Positions 9,345-18,675 of a DNA stretch of 64,000 nucleotides are shown here, one piece after another. A model generated the notes under the pieces. That model did no database searches and had not been told where the DNA came from. It saw only the letters and a list, made by a program, of their open reading frames with translations. Origin of the DNA: Acidobacteriota bacterium (GTDB lineage: Bacteria > Acidobacteriota > CAIWXX01); contig JBFMAF010000044.1 of NCBI GenBank assembly GCA_040755995.1, forward strand, positions 1-64,000, written 5' to 3'. Position numbers and translations under genes: made by a program. Numbering within the stretch: position 1 is the stretch's first letter; each line of letters starts with the position of its first letter.

Positions 9345-11003
9345 CTAGTTCTGTTCGAGCTCCAAGTCGAAGTACGCCGACTCTTCATCGGCGTCCGGGC
9401 GTACGGTTACCATGACCCAGAGCGGCTGATAGCCCGGATGAGAAACGCGGCAGTAGTACTTTCCGGGCCCTGGGAACGTATAGATCAGATGATCCATCTC
9501 CTCCTCGAGGTCCGCCGGCATGGACACGGGCTTCCCGTTGATCTCGAGATGCGAGCTCATGGGGTAGACCCAGAGCTCCAGGCTGCGCGTGCACTCATAG
9601 GTGTCGTAAAGGTCATCTTCTCTTGGCGGCGTGAACGGAGGCGGCGCAACGGCCTGAGGTGCCTTCGCAGGGGTGGGAGCGGGGGGCCGCGAGGCACTCT
9701 CCGAAGGCGTCGTTGCAGGCGGCGGGGGTTCCGGAGCCGCCGGAGCGGGCGACGGCAGAAGAACCGGCGCCTGGGAGTTGGATGGAGCCGCGGGCGGCTT
9801 GCCAACTGCCGACGGCTGCCAGCTGGAAGGAGCGCCCTCAGTGCCCTGACCAATTATTGTATCGGAGGCCTCAACGTCTTCCCCGGGCTCCGATTGGTTC
9901 ATCATTGCTCCTGCGAGACCGCCGGCCGGCGCGTTCGGAGTGATCGCGGGGGATGGCGAGACGGCCGCTGGTGGGCTGGTCTCGGGCCTGGACTTGGGCT
10001 CGTAATTGATCACGAAGGTGACAAGTACGCCCAACGATACGCTCACACCCGCGATCGTCGCGATCACCCACTTCCGATGGATCGGCCTGCCGACAGTCTG
10101 CGGAGCTCTGGACGGTGCAAAAACAGTGTCCGCCTCACTCTGGTCGGCGACGGGGTCGGGCGCCGCCTCAACCCATGCCGCCAGCTCGCGAGCTCGCGCC
10201 GCGAAATTCGCAGCATCCGGCACCCTGTCCTCGCATTTCTTCTCGAGGCACCACCTTAGAAACCCGAGAACCTCCGGAGGCAGCGAGGATTTCAGCTCGA
10301 CCTCCTGTAGAGGATCGCTATTCAGGATCTGGAAAATCAAGGTCGTGATCGTATCGGCCGGGAACGGTCTCTTGTGAAGCAGCAGCTCGTAGAGGACTAC
10401 TCCTAGCGAGAACAGATCGGCTCGCCCGTCGACCTTGTCCCCACGAAGCTGCTCGGGTGACATGTATGCGGGGCTTCCGAGCACCGAGCCGGTTCGGGTC
10501 AGGTCGACACCCTCGCTCACGACCTTGGCCACTCCGAAGTCGGTGACCTTCACTCGACCGTCTCGCGTAATCAGGATGTTAGATGGCTTGATGTCCCGAT
10601 GGACAACGCCCATGCTGTGCGCGACATGCAGAGCATCGGCCACCTCCGCGACCAGGCGCAGCGCGTCGGCCGGCTTGCGATAGAGCCGCTGGGCGAGTTG
10701 CCTCTGCAGAGATTCCCCCACGACGTATTCCATCACGAGATAGAGGGTGTCGCCCTCCTGGCCGGTGTCGTGAACGGTGACGACACCAGGAGCGTTGACT
10801 CGAGCCGCGGCTTTCGCCTCCCTCAAAAAGCGCACGATGAGCTCGGCGCGATCCTTCTCCGCGGCGAGGTGCTGCGGGTGAATCACCTTCAATGCAACGG
10901 TCCGATCCAGGGCGGGGTCGACGGCCCTGTAGACAATGCCCATTCCGCCTCGGCCCAGTTCTTCCCTGATCTCGTAGCGGCCAAACTTGGACAAAGCGCT
11001 CAC
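9345..11003 (-). CDS. Membrane Ser/Thr protein kinase with Pro-rich linker
   Basis: LGRGGMG, VALK, HRDIKPSN, DFG, YMSPEQ; TM helix; Pro/Ala-rich region. Confidence 0.95.
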   Translation of the reverse strand: MSALSKFGRYEIREELGRGGMGIVYRAVDPALDRTVALKVIHPQHLAAEKDRAELIVRFLREAKAAARVNAPGVVTVHDTGQEGDTLYLVMEYVVGESLQRQLAQRLYRKPADALRLVAEVADALHVAHSMGVVHRDIKPSNILITRDGRVKVTDFGVAKVVSEGVDLTRTGSVLGSPAYMSPEQLRGDKVDGRADLFSLGVVLYELLLHKRPFPADTITTLIFQILNSDPLQEVELKSSLPPEVLGFLRWCLEKKCEDRVPDAANFAARARELAAWVEAAPDPVADQSEADTVFAPSRAPQTVGRPIHRKWVIATIAGVSVSLGVLVTFVINYEPKSRPETSPPAAVSPSPAITPNAPAGGLAGAMMNQSEPGEDVEASDTIIGQGTEGAPSSWQPSAVGKPPAAPSNSQAPVLLPSPAPAAPEPPPPATTPSESASRPPAPTPAKAPQAVAPPPFTPPREDDLYDTYECTRSLELWVYPMSSHLEINGKPVSMPADLEEEMDHLIYTFPGPGKYYCRVSHPGYQPLWVMVTVRPDADEESAYFDLELEQN

Positions 11004-11161
11004 GGCTGACTGGGTGTCTCCCCTGGCATTCGCTTTCTAAGATATTACACATACTCGATCGCTGCAACCGTGCGCGATTCCTGGGGTGGGTGCGACGAGT
11101 GTCCAGATTCCACGACTGTGCTAGAATCGAACTGGGGCAGCTTGAATTCAGGAGTTTGGCG

Positions 11162-11788
11162 ATGCCTCAGTACACGGTCAAGCAAGGCGATTGCATTTCC
11201 AGCATCGCCGATCGGTATGGGCTGTTTTGGGAACAGGTGTGGAATCATCCAAGCAATTCAGGCCTGAAGGCCAACCGGAGAGATCCAAACGTCCTCCGCC
11301 CCGGCGACCTCGTCTATGTCCCCGACAAGAGGGAGAAGACGGAAGCGGGCGCGACTGACCAGCTGCATCGCTTCCGAAAGAAGGGAGTCCCTGCAAAGCT
11401 CCGGCTCAGGTTGCTCGACGAGGACGAGCCTCTGGCTAATCAGCCGTACAGTTTCGAGATCGACGGGCGGACCTACTCGGGCACAACCGACTCCGATGGC
11501 CGGATCGAGCAGTCAATTCCGCCGGGCGCCAGGCAGGGCAAGCTGATCGTGGGTGAGTCACGGGACGAATACATGCTGGACTTGGGCCATATCGATCCGA
11601 TCAGCGAGATCAGCGGAGTTCAGGCGCGATTGAACAACTTGGGATACGACTGCGGTGCTGCTGACGGTGTGGTGGGGCCACGCACGCGAACGGCGATCAG
11701 GGAGTTCCAGAGGGCCCTGGGATTGCGTGAGACGGGCGAGGCCGACGATCAGACGCGACGTCGGTTGGAGCAGGAGTATGGAGTTTGA
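11162..11788 (+). CDS. LysM-like plus peptidoglycan-binding domain protein
   Basis: YTVKQGDCISSIA N-terminus; VQARLNNLGY..DGVVGPRTRTAIREFQ PG_binding_1 pattern; AGGAG RBS. Confidence 0.8.
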   Translation: MPQYTVKQGDCISSIADRYGLFWEQVWNHPSNSGLKANRRDPNVLRPGDLVYVPDKREKTEAGATDQLHRFRKKGVPAKLRLRLLDEDEPLANQPYSFEIDGRTYSGTTDSDGRIEQSIPPGARQGKLIVGESRDEYMLDLGHIDPISEISGVQARLNNLGYDCGAADGVVGPRTRTAIREFQRALGLRETGEADDQTRRRLEQEYGV

Positions 11789-11814
11789 TTTGGCCATGAT
11801 AGGGGGGTGAGAGC

Positions 11815-12360
11815 ATGGGTGCAGGCTCAAGACATCGTTCGGTTGCGCGGCAGCACCGCTCGAGTTCCAGCTTCAATACGCTGAGCAGATCGACATTCGC
11901 CTTGCGCCTGCACGACAGGCGCCTGCAGCCCATACCGCAGGCCTACTACCTGGTTCGCGCCGGCGACGCGCGTTATCGTGGACGGGCGGACGGTGACGGA
12001 TGGCTGGAGGAGAGAATCCCGCTTTCGGCCGATGAGTGTACCGTGTACTGGTCTGTTCCGCGAGAGGGCGACGCCGCGCCGGCCACGGAAGAGGACTTCG
12101 AATTCACCACTCAGGTCTATCTCCGGATTGACGATTCGGACCGGGACGAGGCTCTACGCAGGCGTCTCCACAATGCCGGCTTCTCCTATGAGCCAGGTGA
12201 CGAGGATGCGAAGCGTGGAGCGGTCATGGCGTTCCAGATGGCCCGCTCCGATCAGGGCCTTGAACCGACTGGCGACGCGGATGACACCACGCACGATGTA
12301 CTCAAGCGCCTCCACGATGAAGCCGATCTTGGTCCCGAGGAAGCGGAGGAGGGAGGCTGA
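11815..12360 (+). CDS. Hypothetical protein with degenerate PG-binding C-terminus
   Basis: RRRLHNAGF...AVMAFQ...GLEPTG mirrors the upstream gene. Confidence 0.6.
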   Translation: MGAGSRHRSVARQHRSSSSFNTLSRSTFALRLHDRRLQPIPQAYYLVRAGDARYRGRADGDGWLEERIPLSADECTVYWSVPREGDAAPATEEDFEFTTQVYLRIDDSDRDEALRRRLHNAGFSYEPGDEDAKRGAVMAFQMARSDQGLEPTGDADDTTHDVLKRLHDEADLGPEEAEEGG

Positions 12361-12447
12361 TCGATGAGGCCCTCAAGTAAGCGAGCGCGTAGCTGGACGG
12401 ACTGCGTCAGACCACCTGAGCTGTCTTCCTGAGAGAGGGGGCCCTGC

Positions 12448-13392
12448 ATGAGCAACGGTAGAGGAAGGAGACGTGGAGGTAGAGGTGGGGGAGGTCGCGG
12501 AGGTGGTGGAGGTGGAGGCAGAAGGCGTGCCAGGGTGGAGGTCCCAGTTGCGCCGCCGACAGACATAATCTGGCTGGTAGCGTGCCACGGGCCGGGAGGC
12601 GGGGCGGGATCGGAGAGAACATGGTGCTCGTACGCGCACTTCTCGCGTCCGGGGGCCGTTGTCAGGATGAACGCTTCGCTTTACAACAACGCACGCCCCG
12701 CGGCCGGAGAGGGCACCCCGAATGCACGCCTCTCTACATTGGATGATGCGGTCACGCGGGCGCGTCAGATCCCGCATGTCCCGCAGAACGTCAAGCTCGT
12801 GCTATTCATGCACGGTGTCGCAGACATAACGACATCCTACGGCATTATCCATAGCACCGGCGCGACGCCCATGGTGGACTTGCAGGATATGGGCACTAAT
12901 GCCCAATGGGACAATCGAGTGCTGCCGATCGGATGGCGGACCCGCACTCAGAACGTGCACTATCAGGCTTTCGTCAGGGCCATCAGTGGCTGGGCGGCGG
13001 TCACTCAGGTCCACCTGTATGGATGCCAGCTCGGGAACACTCTGTTCAAGCGCGGCATGGCGGAGCTTGCACAGGACATGAACAAAGAGGTCTGGGGATA
13101 CACGGGGTACACCGTCACGTCGAGGCAGCAGGTCAAGATCTCGACGGTGCACGATACTGCCGGGGACCCGGCGATCGGGGCACGCGCACAGGGGGCTGGC
13201 TTTGCGCGCGTCACGCTGCAGGCGGGTGGAGGCCCACTTCCGGGCTGGCAGGTCCGCGGCCGCATGCAGGGCGGCAGCCCGCGCATAGACGTCTGCACGG
13301 TGAATGACCTCGGCCAACAGGTGGTCGAGGTGCACACGATACAAACCATCCAGAGCGCGCTCGGGGGCCCAGAACGCACAGTCGGCATCTAG
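12448..13392 (+). CDS. Hypothetical protein with caspase-like/DUF4347-like His-Gly and Gly-Cys motifs and a Gly/Arg-rich N-terminus
   Basis: LVLFMHG and VHLYGCQLG, each following a hydrophobic strand. Confidence 0.5.
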   Translation: MSNGRGRRRGGRGGGGRGGGGGGGRRRARVEVPVAPPTDIIWLVACHGPGGGAGSERTWCSYAHFSRPGAVVRMNASLYNNARPAAGEGTPNARLSTLDDAVTRARQIPHVPQNVKLVLFMHGVADITTSYGIIHSTGATPMVDLQDMGTNAQWDNRVLPIGWRTRTQNVHYQAFVRAISGWAAVTQVHLYGCQLGNTLFKRGMAELAQDMNKEVWGYTGYTVTSRQQVKISTVHDTAGDPAIGARAQGAGFARVTLQAGGGPLPGWQVRGRMQGGSPRIDVCTVNDLGQQVVEVHTIQTIQSALGGPERTVGI

Positions 13393-13420
13393 CCGTCGAC
13401 ATGCAAGGTTGCGAGCTCAG

Positions 13421-14290
13421 GTGACAACCCCTGCAGGCACCTCACCCGCCAATCGGTCGGACGTAGATTCACTGCTGGCTCCACTCCCACAATCCTCCGC
13501 GCATCGCTTCCTCGCCGGCTTTCTCTGCGCTCCGAGGGCACTGACCTTCCTGGTGACTCATCCGCGGCTGCTCGTGCACATCATCGCGCCGTCACTCATC
13601 ACGCTGGCAGTCCTGTGCGTGGCCCTGTGGACCTCGATCAAGCTGGCTCCTGTGGTCGTGGGTGCACTGTGGAGCAGGCCGCCTCATGGATGGCAAGTCT
13701 TCTTCTGGTACGTCGCTGCGGGGCTCGCCGGGATGCTCCTCGTCATGCTGGCCCTCGTCTTGACTTATGCCCTCGCCGGAATGATCTCGACACCATTCAA
13801 CGATGTGCTGGCGGAGAGGGTGGTCGAGATCGTCTGGCGACCGCCTCAAGAATCGGTTTCGTTCAGATTCATGTTGTCGTGCGCCCTGACATCACTGAGG
13901 CACTCCTTCCTCAACCTGTGCCTGTACCTGTTGATCATGATCCCGCTGCTCCTCCTCAACCTCATCCCCGTCGCCGGTTCGATCCTCTTCGCGGCAACCA
14001 GTGCCGTAACGACGGTGTTCTTCCTTGCTCGAGATCTCCTGGACGGGCCACTCTCGCTGAAGCGCCTGAGCTACCGCCAGAAGATTGGCCTTGTAAAGAA
14101 GGAGCGCGCGTTGTGCTCAGGACTGGGCGCTGCCGCGGCGCTTCTGATGTGGGTCCCGGTCCTCAACCTGTTGCTGCTTCCGGTGGCCGCTGTCGCAGCC
14201 AGCCTGCTCTACTGTCGCATGGAAGCGAACGGTCTCGTGCCGGAGCCTCGCCTGCCCATTGACAGACGAGGTGAAGCGGATACGATGTGA
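13421..14290 (+). CDS. EI24/CysZ-family membrane protein
   Basis: ISTPFNDVLAERV, LNLIPVAG, WVPVLNLLLLPVAAVAA. Confidence 0.75.
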   Translation: MTTPAGTSPANRSDVDSLLAPLPQSSAHRFLAGFLCAPRALTFLVTHPRLLVHIIAPSLITLAVLCVALWTSIKLAPVVVGALWSRPPHGWQVFFWYVAAGLAGMLLVMLALVLTYALAGMISTPFNDVLAERVVEIVWRPPQESVSFRFMLSCALTSLRHSFLNLCLYLLIMIPLLLLNLIPVAGSILFAATSAVTTVFFLARDLLDGPLSLKRLSYRQKIGLVKKERALCSGLGAAAALLMWVPVLNLLLLPVAAVAASLLYCRMEANGLVPEPRLPIDRRGEADTM

Positions 14291-14300
14291 TCGTGACGAC

Positions 14301-15905
14301 ATGGTTGAGATGTCGCGCAGCAGGTCGAGAGCCTGGCGCTGGCTGATCGCGGCCGCGATCAGTGCGATCGTCGTAATCGGCGTCGACCTCGGGCTGCGCC
14401 ATCTCGAGCACCGGCTCCGCGATGAGATCGTCCAGGCCATCGAAGGGACGTTCGACGGGCGGGCGGAGCTGGATTCGCTGCACATCTCGCTGTTTCCCAC
14501 GGCCAGCATCACCGGAGCGCGGCTCAAACTCCACCAGCACGGCGCCGATGCCTTGCCGCCTCTGGTGTCGCTTGATGCATTCAGCGTCGAGGCCAGTCTG
14601 GCTGGTCTCCTCAGATCGCCGCGGCGAATCCGTCAGCTCTCGCTGATCGGGCTGACAATCCAGATTCCGCCCAAGGCCAGCAGCAGCGGCAGCACGAGCC
14701 CAAGCCACTCAGCGGTGGGGGGCAACGCACGTAGTATCTCACTCAGAGGCGCCCAGGGGATTTCGGCCAAAGCCTCGCTTTTTCACATCGATCATATCCT
14801 GGCCGACGGCACTCGACTAGTGATCCTTCCGAAGTCGAGGGAAAAGGACCCGCTGGTGTTTGAGCTGTTCCGGTTGACGCTGAGGCCCGGCTCAGAAGGC
14901 CGGCCCATGGCCTACCAGGCGAAGCTGAAGAACGCGAAACCTCCCGGCCTGATCGACACGACGGGCGAGTTCGGTCCGTGGTGCACGGAAGATTCGGGCG
15001 CAACACCGGTGTCAGGCACCTATGTTTTCCGGAACGCGGACCTGTCGGTGTTCAGAGGCATCTCCGGCAAGCTGTCGTCAGCCGGTACATTTCGCGGCGT
15101 CCTGCGCCGCATCGAGGCATCCGGCACGACCGACGTGCCGGACTTCGCGCTCGAGACGGGCGGGCACCCCGTGCACCTGCAGACCGAGTTCGACGCGACT
15201 ATCGACGGCACCAACGGCGACACGCTCCTCCAACCGGTTATTGCGCGCTTCGGGGACTCGACCCTCGTCTGCAACGGCGGCGTGTACCGGCGCGAAGGAC
15301 AGAAAGGGAAGTCCGTCGTGCTCGACACCCAATTGCGGGAAGGCCGGATCGAAGACGTGCTTCGACTGGTGATCTCCGGCGAGCCTCCGCTCGCCGGCAC
15401 TCTCTCCTTCAAAGCGAAGATGGACCTTCCGCCGGGCGAGGAGGATGTGGTTGAAGCCCTGATTCTGCAAGGCTCCTTCGGCGTACGCGACGCCGAGTTC
15501 GCGATGCCGGAAGTCCAACAGAGAATCGAGAAACTGAGCTTGCGCGGCCGTGGCCGGCACGAGGATTCGACCGACGAGCGGATCGTGAGCGACCTCAGCG
15601 GGTCTTTCGTGCTGCGCGATGCAGTCGCGGTCTTCTCCGGGCTCTCCTTCAGCGTGCCAGGCGCGCGAGTCCAGCTGGAGGGTGAGTACGGTCTCGTCAC
15701 CGAGGTGATCGACTTCGAAGGGAAGCTCCTGATGGAGGTCAAGGTGTCGAAGACGCAGACCGGAATCAAGAGCCTCCTCCTCAAGGTAGTCGATCCGTTT
15801 CTCAAGGGCGAAGACGCCGGCACCGAGCTGCCGATCAGGATCAGCGGCACGCGGCAGGAGCCCAAGTTCGGGTTGAGACTCTGGGGCTCGAAGAGGAAGA
15901 AGTAG
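14301..15905 (+). CDS. AsmA-like protein
   Basis: N-terminal TM anchor, long beta-rich body, LPIRISGTRQEPKFGL C-terminus. Confidence 0.7.
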   Translation: MVEMSRSRSRAWRWLIAAAISAIVVIGVDLGLRHLEHRLRDEIVQAIEGTFDGRAELDSLHISLFPTASITGARLKLHQHGADALPPLVSLDAFSVEASLAGLLRSPRRIRQLSLIGLTIQIPPKASSSGSTSPSHSAVGGNARSISLRGAQGISAKASLFHIDHILADGTRLVILPKSREKDPLVFELFRLTLRPGSEGRPMAYQAKLKNAKPPGLIDTTGEFGPWCTEDSGATPVSGTYVFRNADLSVFRGISGKLSSAGTFRGVLRRIEASGTTDVPDFALETGGHPVHLQTEFDATIDGTNGDTLLQPVIARFGDSTLVCNGGVYRREGQKGKSVVLDTQLREGRIEDVLRLVISGEPPLAGTLSFKAKMDLPPGEEDVVEALILQGSFGVRDAEFAMPEVQQRIEKLSLRGRGRHEDSTDERIVSDLSGSFVLRDAVAVFSGLSFSVPGARVQLEGEYGLVTEVIDFEGKLLMEVKVSKTQTGIKSLLLKVVDPFLKGEDAGTELPIRISGTRQEPKFGLRLWGSKRKK

Positions 15906-16002
15906 CGAGGCTGCGCCTCGTATCCGCCAGACGGGAGACGGAAGACGGAAGACGGGAGAAGAGAGACGGAAGAAGAGAGACGGGAGACGCGAAGACGCGA
16001 GA

Positions 16003-16039
16003 TGCCACCTTGACGTGGCACCACCCCCACGCCTATAGT
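16003..16039 (+). promoter_or_regulatory. Sigma70-like promoter with inverted repeat over the -35 box
   Basis: TTGACG(16010-15)-N18-TATAGT(16034-39); TGCCAC/GTGGCA inverted repeat at 16003-16020. Confidence 0.4.
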
Positions 16040-16083
16040 TGGCGTCATACTCGGCGAATGGGCGCTCGAAGGGAGGACACGGT

Positions 16084-16614
16084 ATGAAGCTGACAGCAGC
16101 AGGCAAGGCCGACCGCGCCACTCTGGTGGGCCGTTTCATGACTCCGTTGGCATTGCTTCTGGGCGGCGCGGGCCTGGTCTGGGCCGAATTGCCCGTCGGC
16201 GTCTTGTCAGTGTGCGTCGGTCTGCTTCTGTTCGGTGCCGTGTTCAACCTGGGCTTCCCGAGGCTGCTGGGCGAGGATTCTTTGGATGCGGTGGGCCGTC
16301 ACGTGAATATCCGGCTGTACCTCAACCTCCTGGTGAACACGCTGCTGGTCTACTTCCTGATGCCCGCATTCGAGCCGGTGTGGTTGATCCTGGCTCTGAC
16401 GCCCATTGCGACAGCCGTCTATGGATCGCTGAAGCAGACGGCGGCCAATGCCGCCATTGTGTCCGTCATCGTGATGGGCCTGGCCGTGCTCGATCCGGAG
16501 AACGTTCTCAAGGATTGGTGTGAGGCAGCTGCTCGCGTGGCGTTCGTCCTCTTGATCAGCTTCATGATCCACGGCCTCGCTCAGCGTCCCCTGCCCAGGA
16601 CTGCCGGCGATTGA
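16084..16614 (+). CDS. Multi-pass membrane protein
   Basis: Several hydrophobic helices; GGAGGA RBS. Confidence 0.65.
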   Translation: MKLTAAGKADRATLVGRFMTPLALLLGGAGLVWAELPVGVLSVCVGLLLFGAVFNLGFPRLLGEDSLDAVGRHVNIRLYLNLLVNTLLVYFLMPAFEPVWLILALTPIATAVYGSLKQTAANAAIVSVIVMGLAVLDPENVLKDWCEAAARVAFVLLISFMIHGLAQRPLPRTAGD

Positions 16615-18614
16615 ACGCGGGTCCTAGCGGCGCGACTAGGCGCCCGCGCGCATTCCATCGCTGCCACTGGGTTTCCGCTCTCGTGGCCGGGGTATTCTAC
16701 GCCGTCGTTCTCTTCGTCCTCGCGCGCCCGCTCATCGTCTCGGGACGCGATTCCTTGATCGGCGAGGGCGGCGACGCCTTCCTGTACCTTTGGAGCAACT
16801 GGTGGTTCGGTGAATCGATGGCGCGCGGTGGACTGTCGATCTATCAATGTCCGCTCGTGCTGCACCCATTCGGCGCAGATCTTGTCCAGGCCGATTTCCC
16901 GCTCTGGCCGAATTTCCTGGCCTGGACGCTTGGCGAATCGGGCTTCTCGCTGGTCGAGGCTTACAACATCACCGCGCTGGCGGCCTTCTGGTTGAACGCG
17001 ATGTGCGCTTTTCTTCTGGCGTTTGCGCTCGTTGGTTCAGAAGACGAGGGTGAGACTCGAATCCTGGGGCGATTCATCGCAGCCTTGGCCGGCGGAGCGG
17101 CATTCGCATTCGCCCCGTACTTCTGGAGCCGTCTGCGAGGACACTTCACGCTGCTCCACGCGTATCCGCTTCCCCTGTTAGCGCTCTCCCTTTCTAAGGC
17201 CCGCGTCAAGAACAGTCGCTCGTGGTATCTGGGGGTGGGCTTCTCTCTCGTGTGGGCTGCTCTTTGCAACTACTCCTACTTCATCTACGCGAGCATTTAC
17301 CTGGGCCTTTTTCTTCTGTACGACTCCCTGTCTCTCGAATTCGCACTCGCACGTCGGCTCTCGTCCCCACGCGCCGTGTACAGGCTTCTTGCCGCGGCCG
17401 GAGCGCTCGCGCTGGCGATGGCCGTCTACATTGGAGTGTCGGGCGGAGGAGAGATCGAGATACTCGGAGCTCGGATTCGCATGCGGAGCACGGCCAATCC
17501 ACTGATAGCATGGTGGACGAGCTGGCTGATCGCGCTCGCACTGAAGTATCGGGTCAACATCAGATTCCGGTTGGCACCCGCATTCTCGACTCGGCGGCTG
17601 TTGCGGCTCGCGAAGTGGGCTTCGTTGCCCCTCTTGATTCTGCTACCGTTGATGATCCAGGCAGTTTCAGTTGTTTGGGCCGGGGATTTCGCCGGGCAAC
17701 AAGTCGGGTGGAAGACCGGACCAGATGGTGCATATCCCCTGGCCCTGTTCGTTCCCAATATCTACCATGCGTTGTGGGGTCCTTTCCTCTGCGAGAGCTT
17801 TGAATCGTGGGACTTGATGGAAGGCTTCTCAATCGGCCTCTGCCTTGCATCGCTCCTTCTGGTTGTTCTCACCAGGTCTTGGAAGGGCTCCGGATGGTGG
17901 GGATTCTCGCTGCTCTGGTCAACGATCCTGAGTCTGGGGCCGTTCCTGAGGCTTTTGCCGGGATTTGAACACGGTCCGGTTCTGCCCTTCTGGCTCCTCC
18001 GATACGTTCCGATTGTGTCCGGGGCACGCATACCGTGCCGATGGATCGTGATCGCGCTACTGGCGTGGGCCGTGCTGGTAGCGCGTGGTGTACTTGCGTT
18101 GAAGACCAACCGCGCGCGGGTAGCAGTCCTGCTGATTCTCCTCTTCGAGACGTGCTTCGTCACGATTCGGAGCAGGCCCGCCGTCACGCCGGATGACTAT
18201 CAGGTACCAGCCGATCATCGTTCCACAGGCGCCCTCCTCGAATTGCCTTTCGGCGTGGCCGATGGTCGCAGAGGCTGGGGACCGCAATTCCCGCCAGAGC
18301 TGCTGTATTACCAGACGGCGCATCACCGCCCGCTGGTAGGGGGCTACCTGAGCCGAATTCCCGACAGAGTCTTCGGCTCGTATCAAGAGCAGCCTGTAAT
18401 CGCGGCCTTTGTGGCCGCGCAGGAAGGGACAGCCAGGGGTATTCCAAGAGGCGAGTTTGCCGATCTATGCGAGAGATGGAACATAGAATGGGTGATAGTG
18501 GACAAGCACCGTGCCTCCGCGCGACTTGTCCTTCTGATTTCTGAGCTCGCAGGACCTGCCGAGCAGGAGTCTGATCGCAGGATCGTTTTCAAGATTGGGT
18601 CGGCAAGCGAGTAG
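16611..18614 (+). CDS. Polytopic membrane protein, GT-C/YfhO-like glycosyltransferase candidate
   Basis: GDAFLYLWSNWW, HPFGADL, FAFAPY, ARIPCRW, LYYQTAHHRPLVGGY; many TM helices. Confidence 0.6.
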   Translation: MNAGPSGATRRPRAFHRCHWVSALVAGVFYAVVLFVLARPLIVSGRDSLIGEGGDAFLYLWSNWWFGESMARGGLSIYQCPLVLHPFGADLVQADFPLWPNFLAWTLGESGFSLVEAYNITALAAFWLNAMCAFLLAFALVGSEDEGETRILGRFIAALAGGAAFAFAPYFWSRLRGHFTLLHAYPLPLLALSLSKARVKNSRSWYLGVGFSLVWAALCNYSYFIYASIYLGLFLLYDSLSLEFALARRLSSPRAVYRLLAAAGALALAMAVYIGVSGGGEIEILGARIRMRSTANPLIAWWTSWLIALALKYRVNIRFRLAPAFSTRRLLRLAKWASLPLLILLPLMIQAVSVVWAGDFAGQQVGWKTGPDGAYPLALFVPNIYHALWGPFLCESFESWDLMEGFSIGLCLASLLLVVLTRSWKGSGWWGFSLLWSTILSLGPFLRLLPGFEHGPVLPFWLLRYVPIVSGARIPCRWIVIALLAWAVLVARGVLALKTNRARVAVLLILLFETCFVTIRSRPAVTPDDYQVPADHRSTGALLELPFGVADGRRGWGPQFPPELLYYQTAHHRPLVGGYLSRIPDRVFGSYQEQPVIAAFVAAQEGTARGIPRGEFADLCERWNIEWVIVDKHRASARLVLLISELAGPAEQESDRRIVFKIGSASE

Positions 18615-18675
18615 CGCGTGAGCCACCCGGTGCAGGCGGGTGCCCAATGCAGCCCGTCCGATTGCGGAAGTGGTG

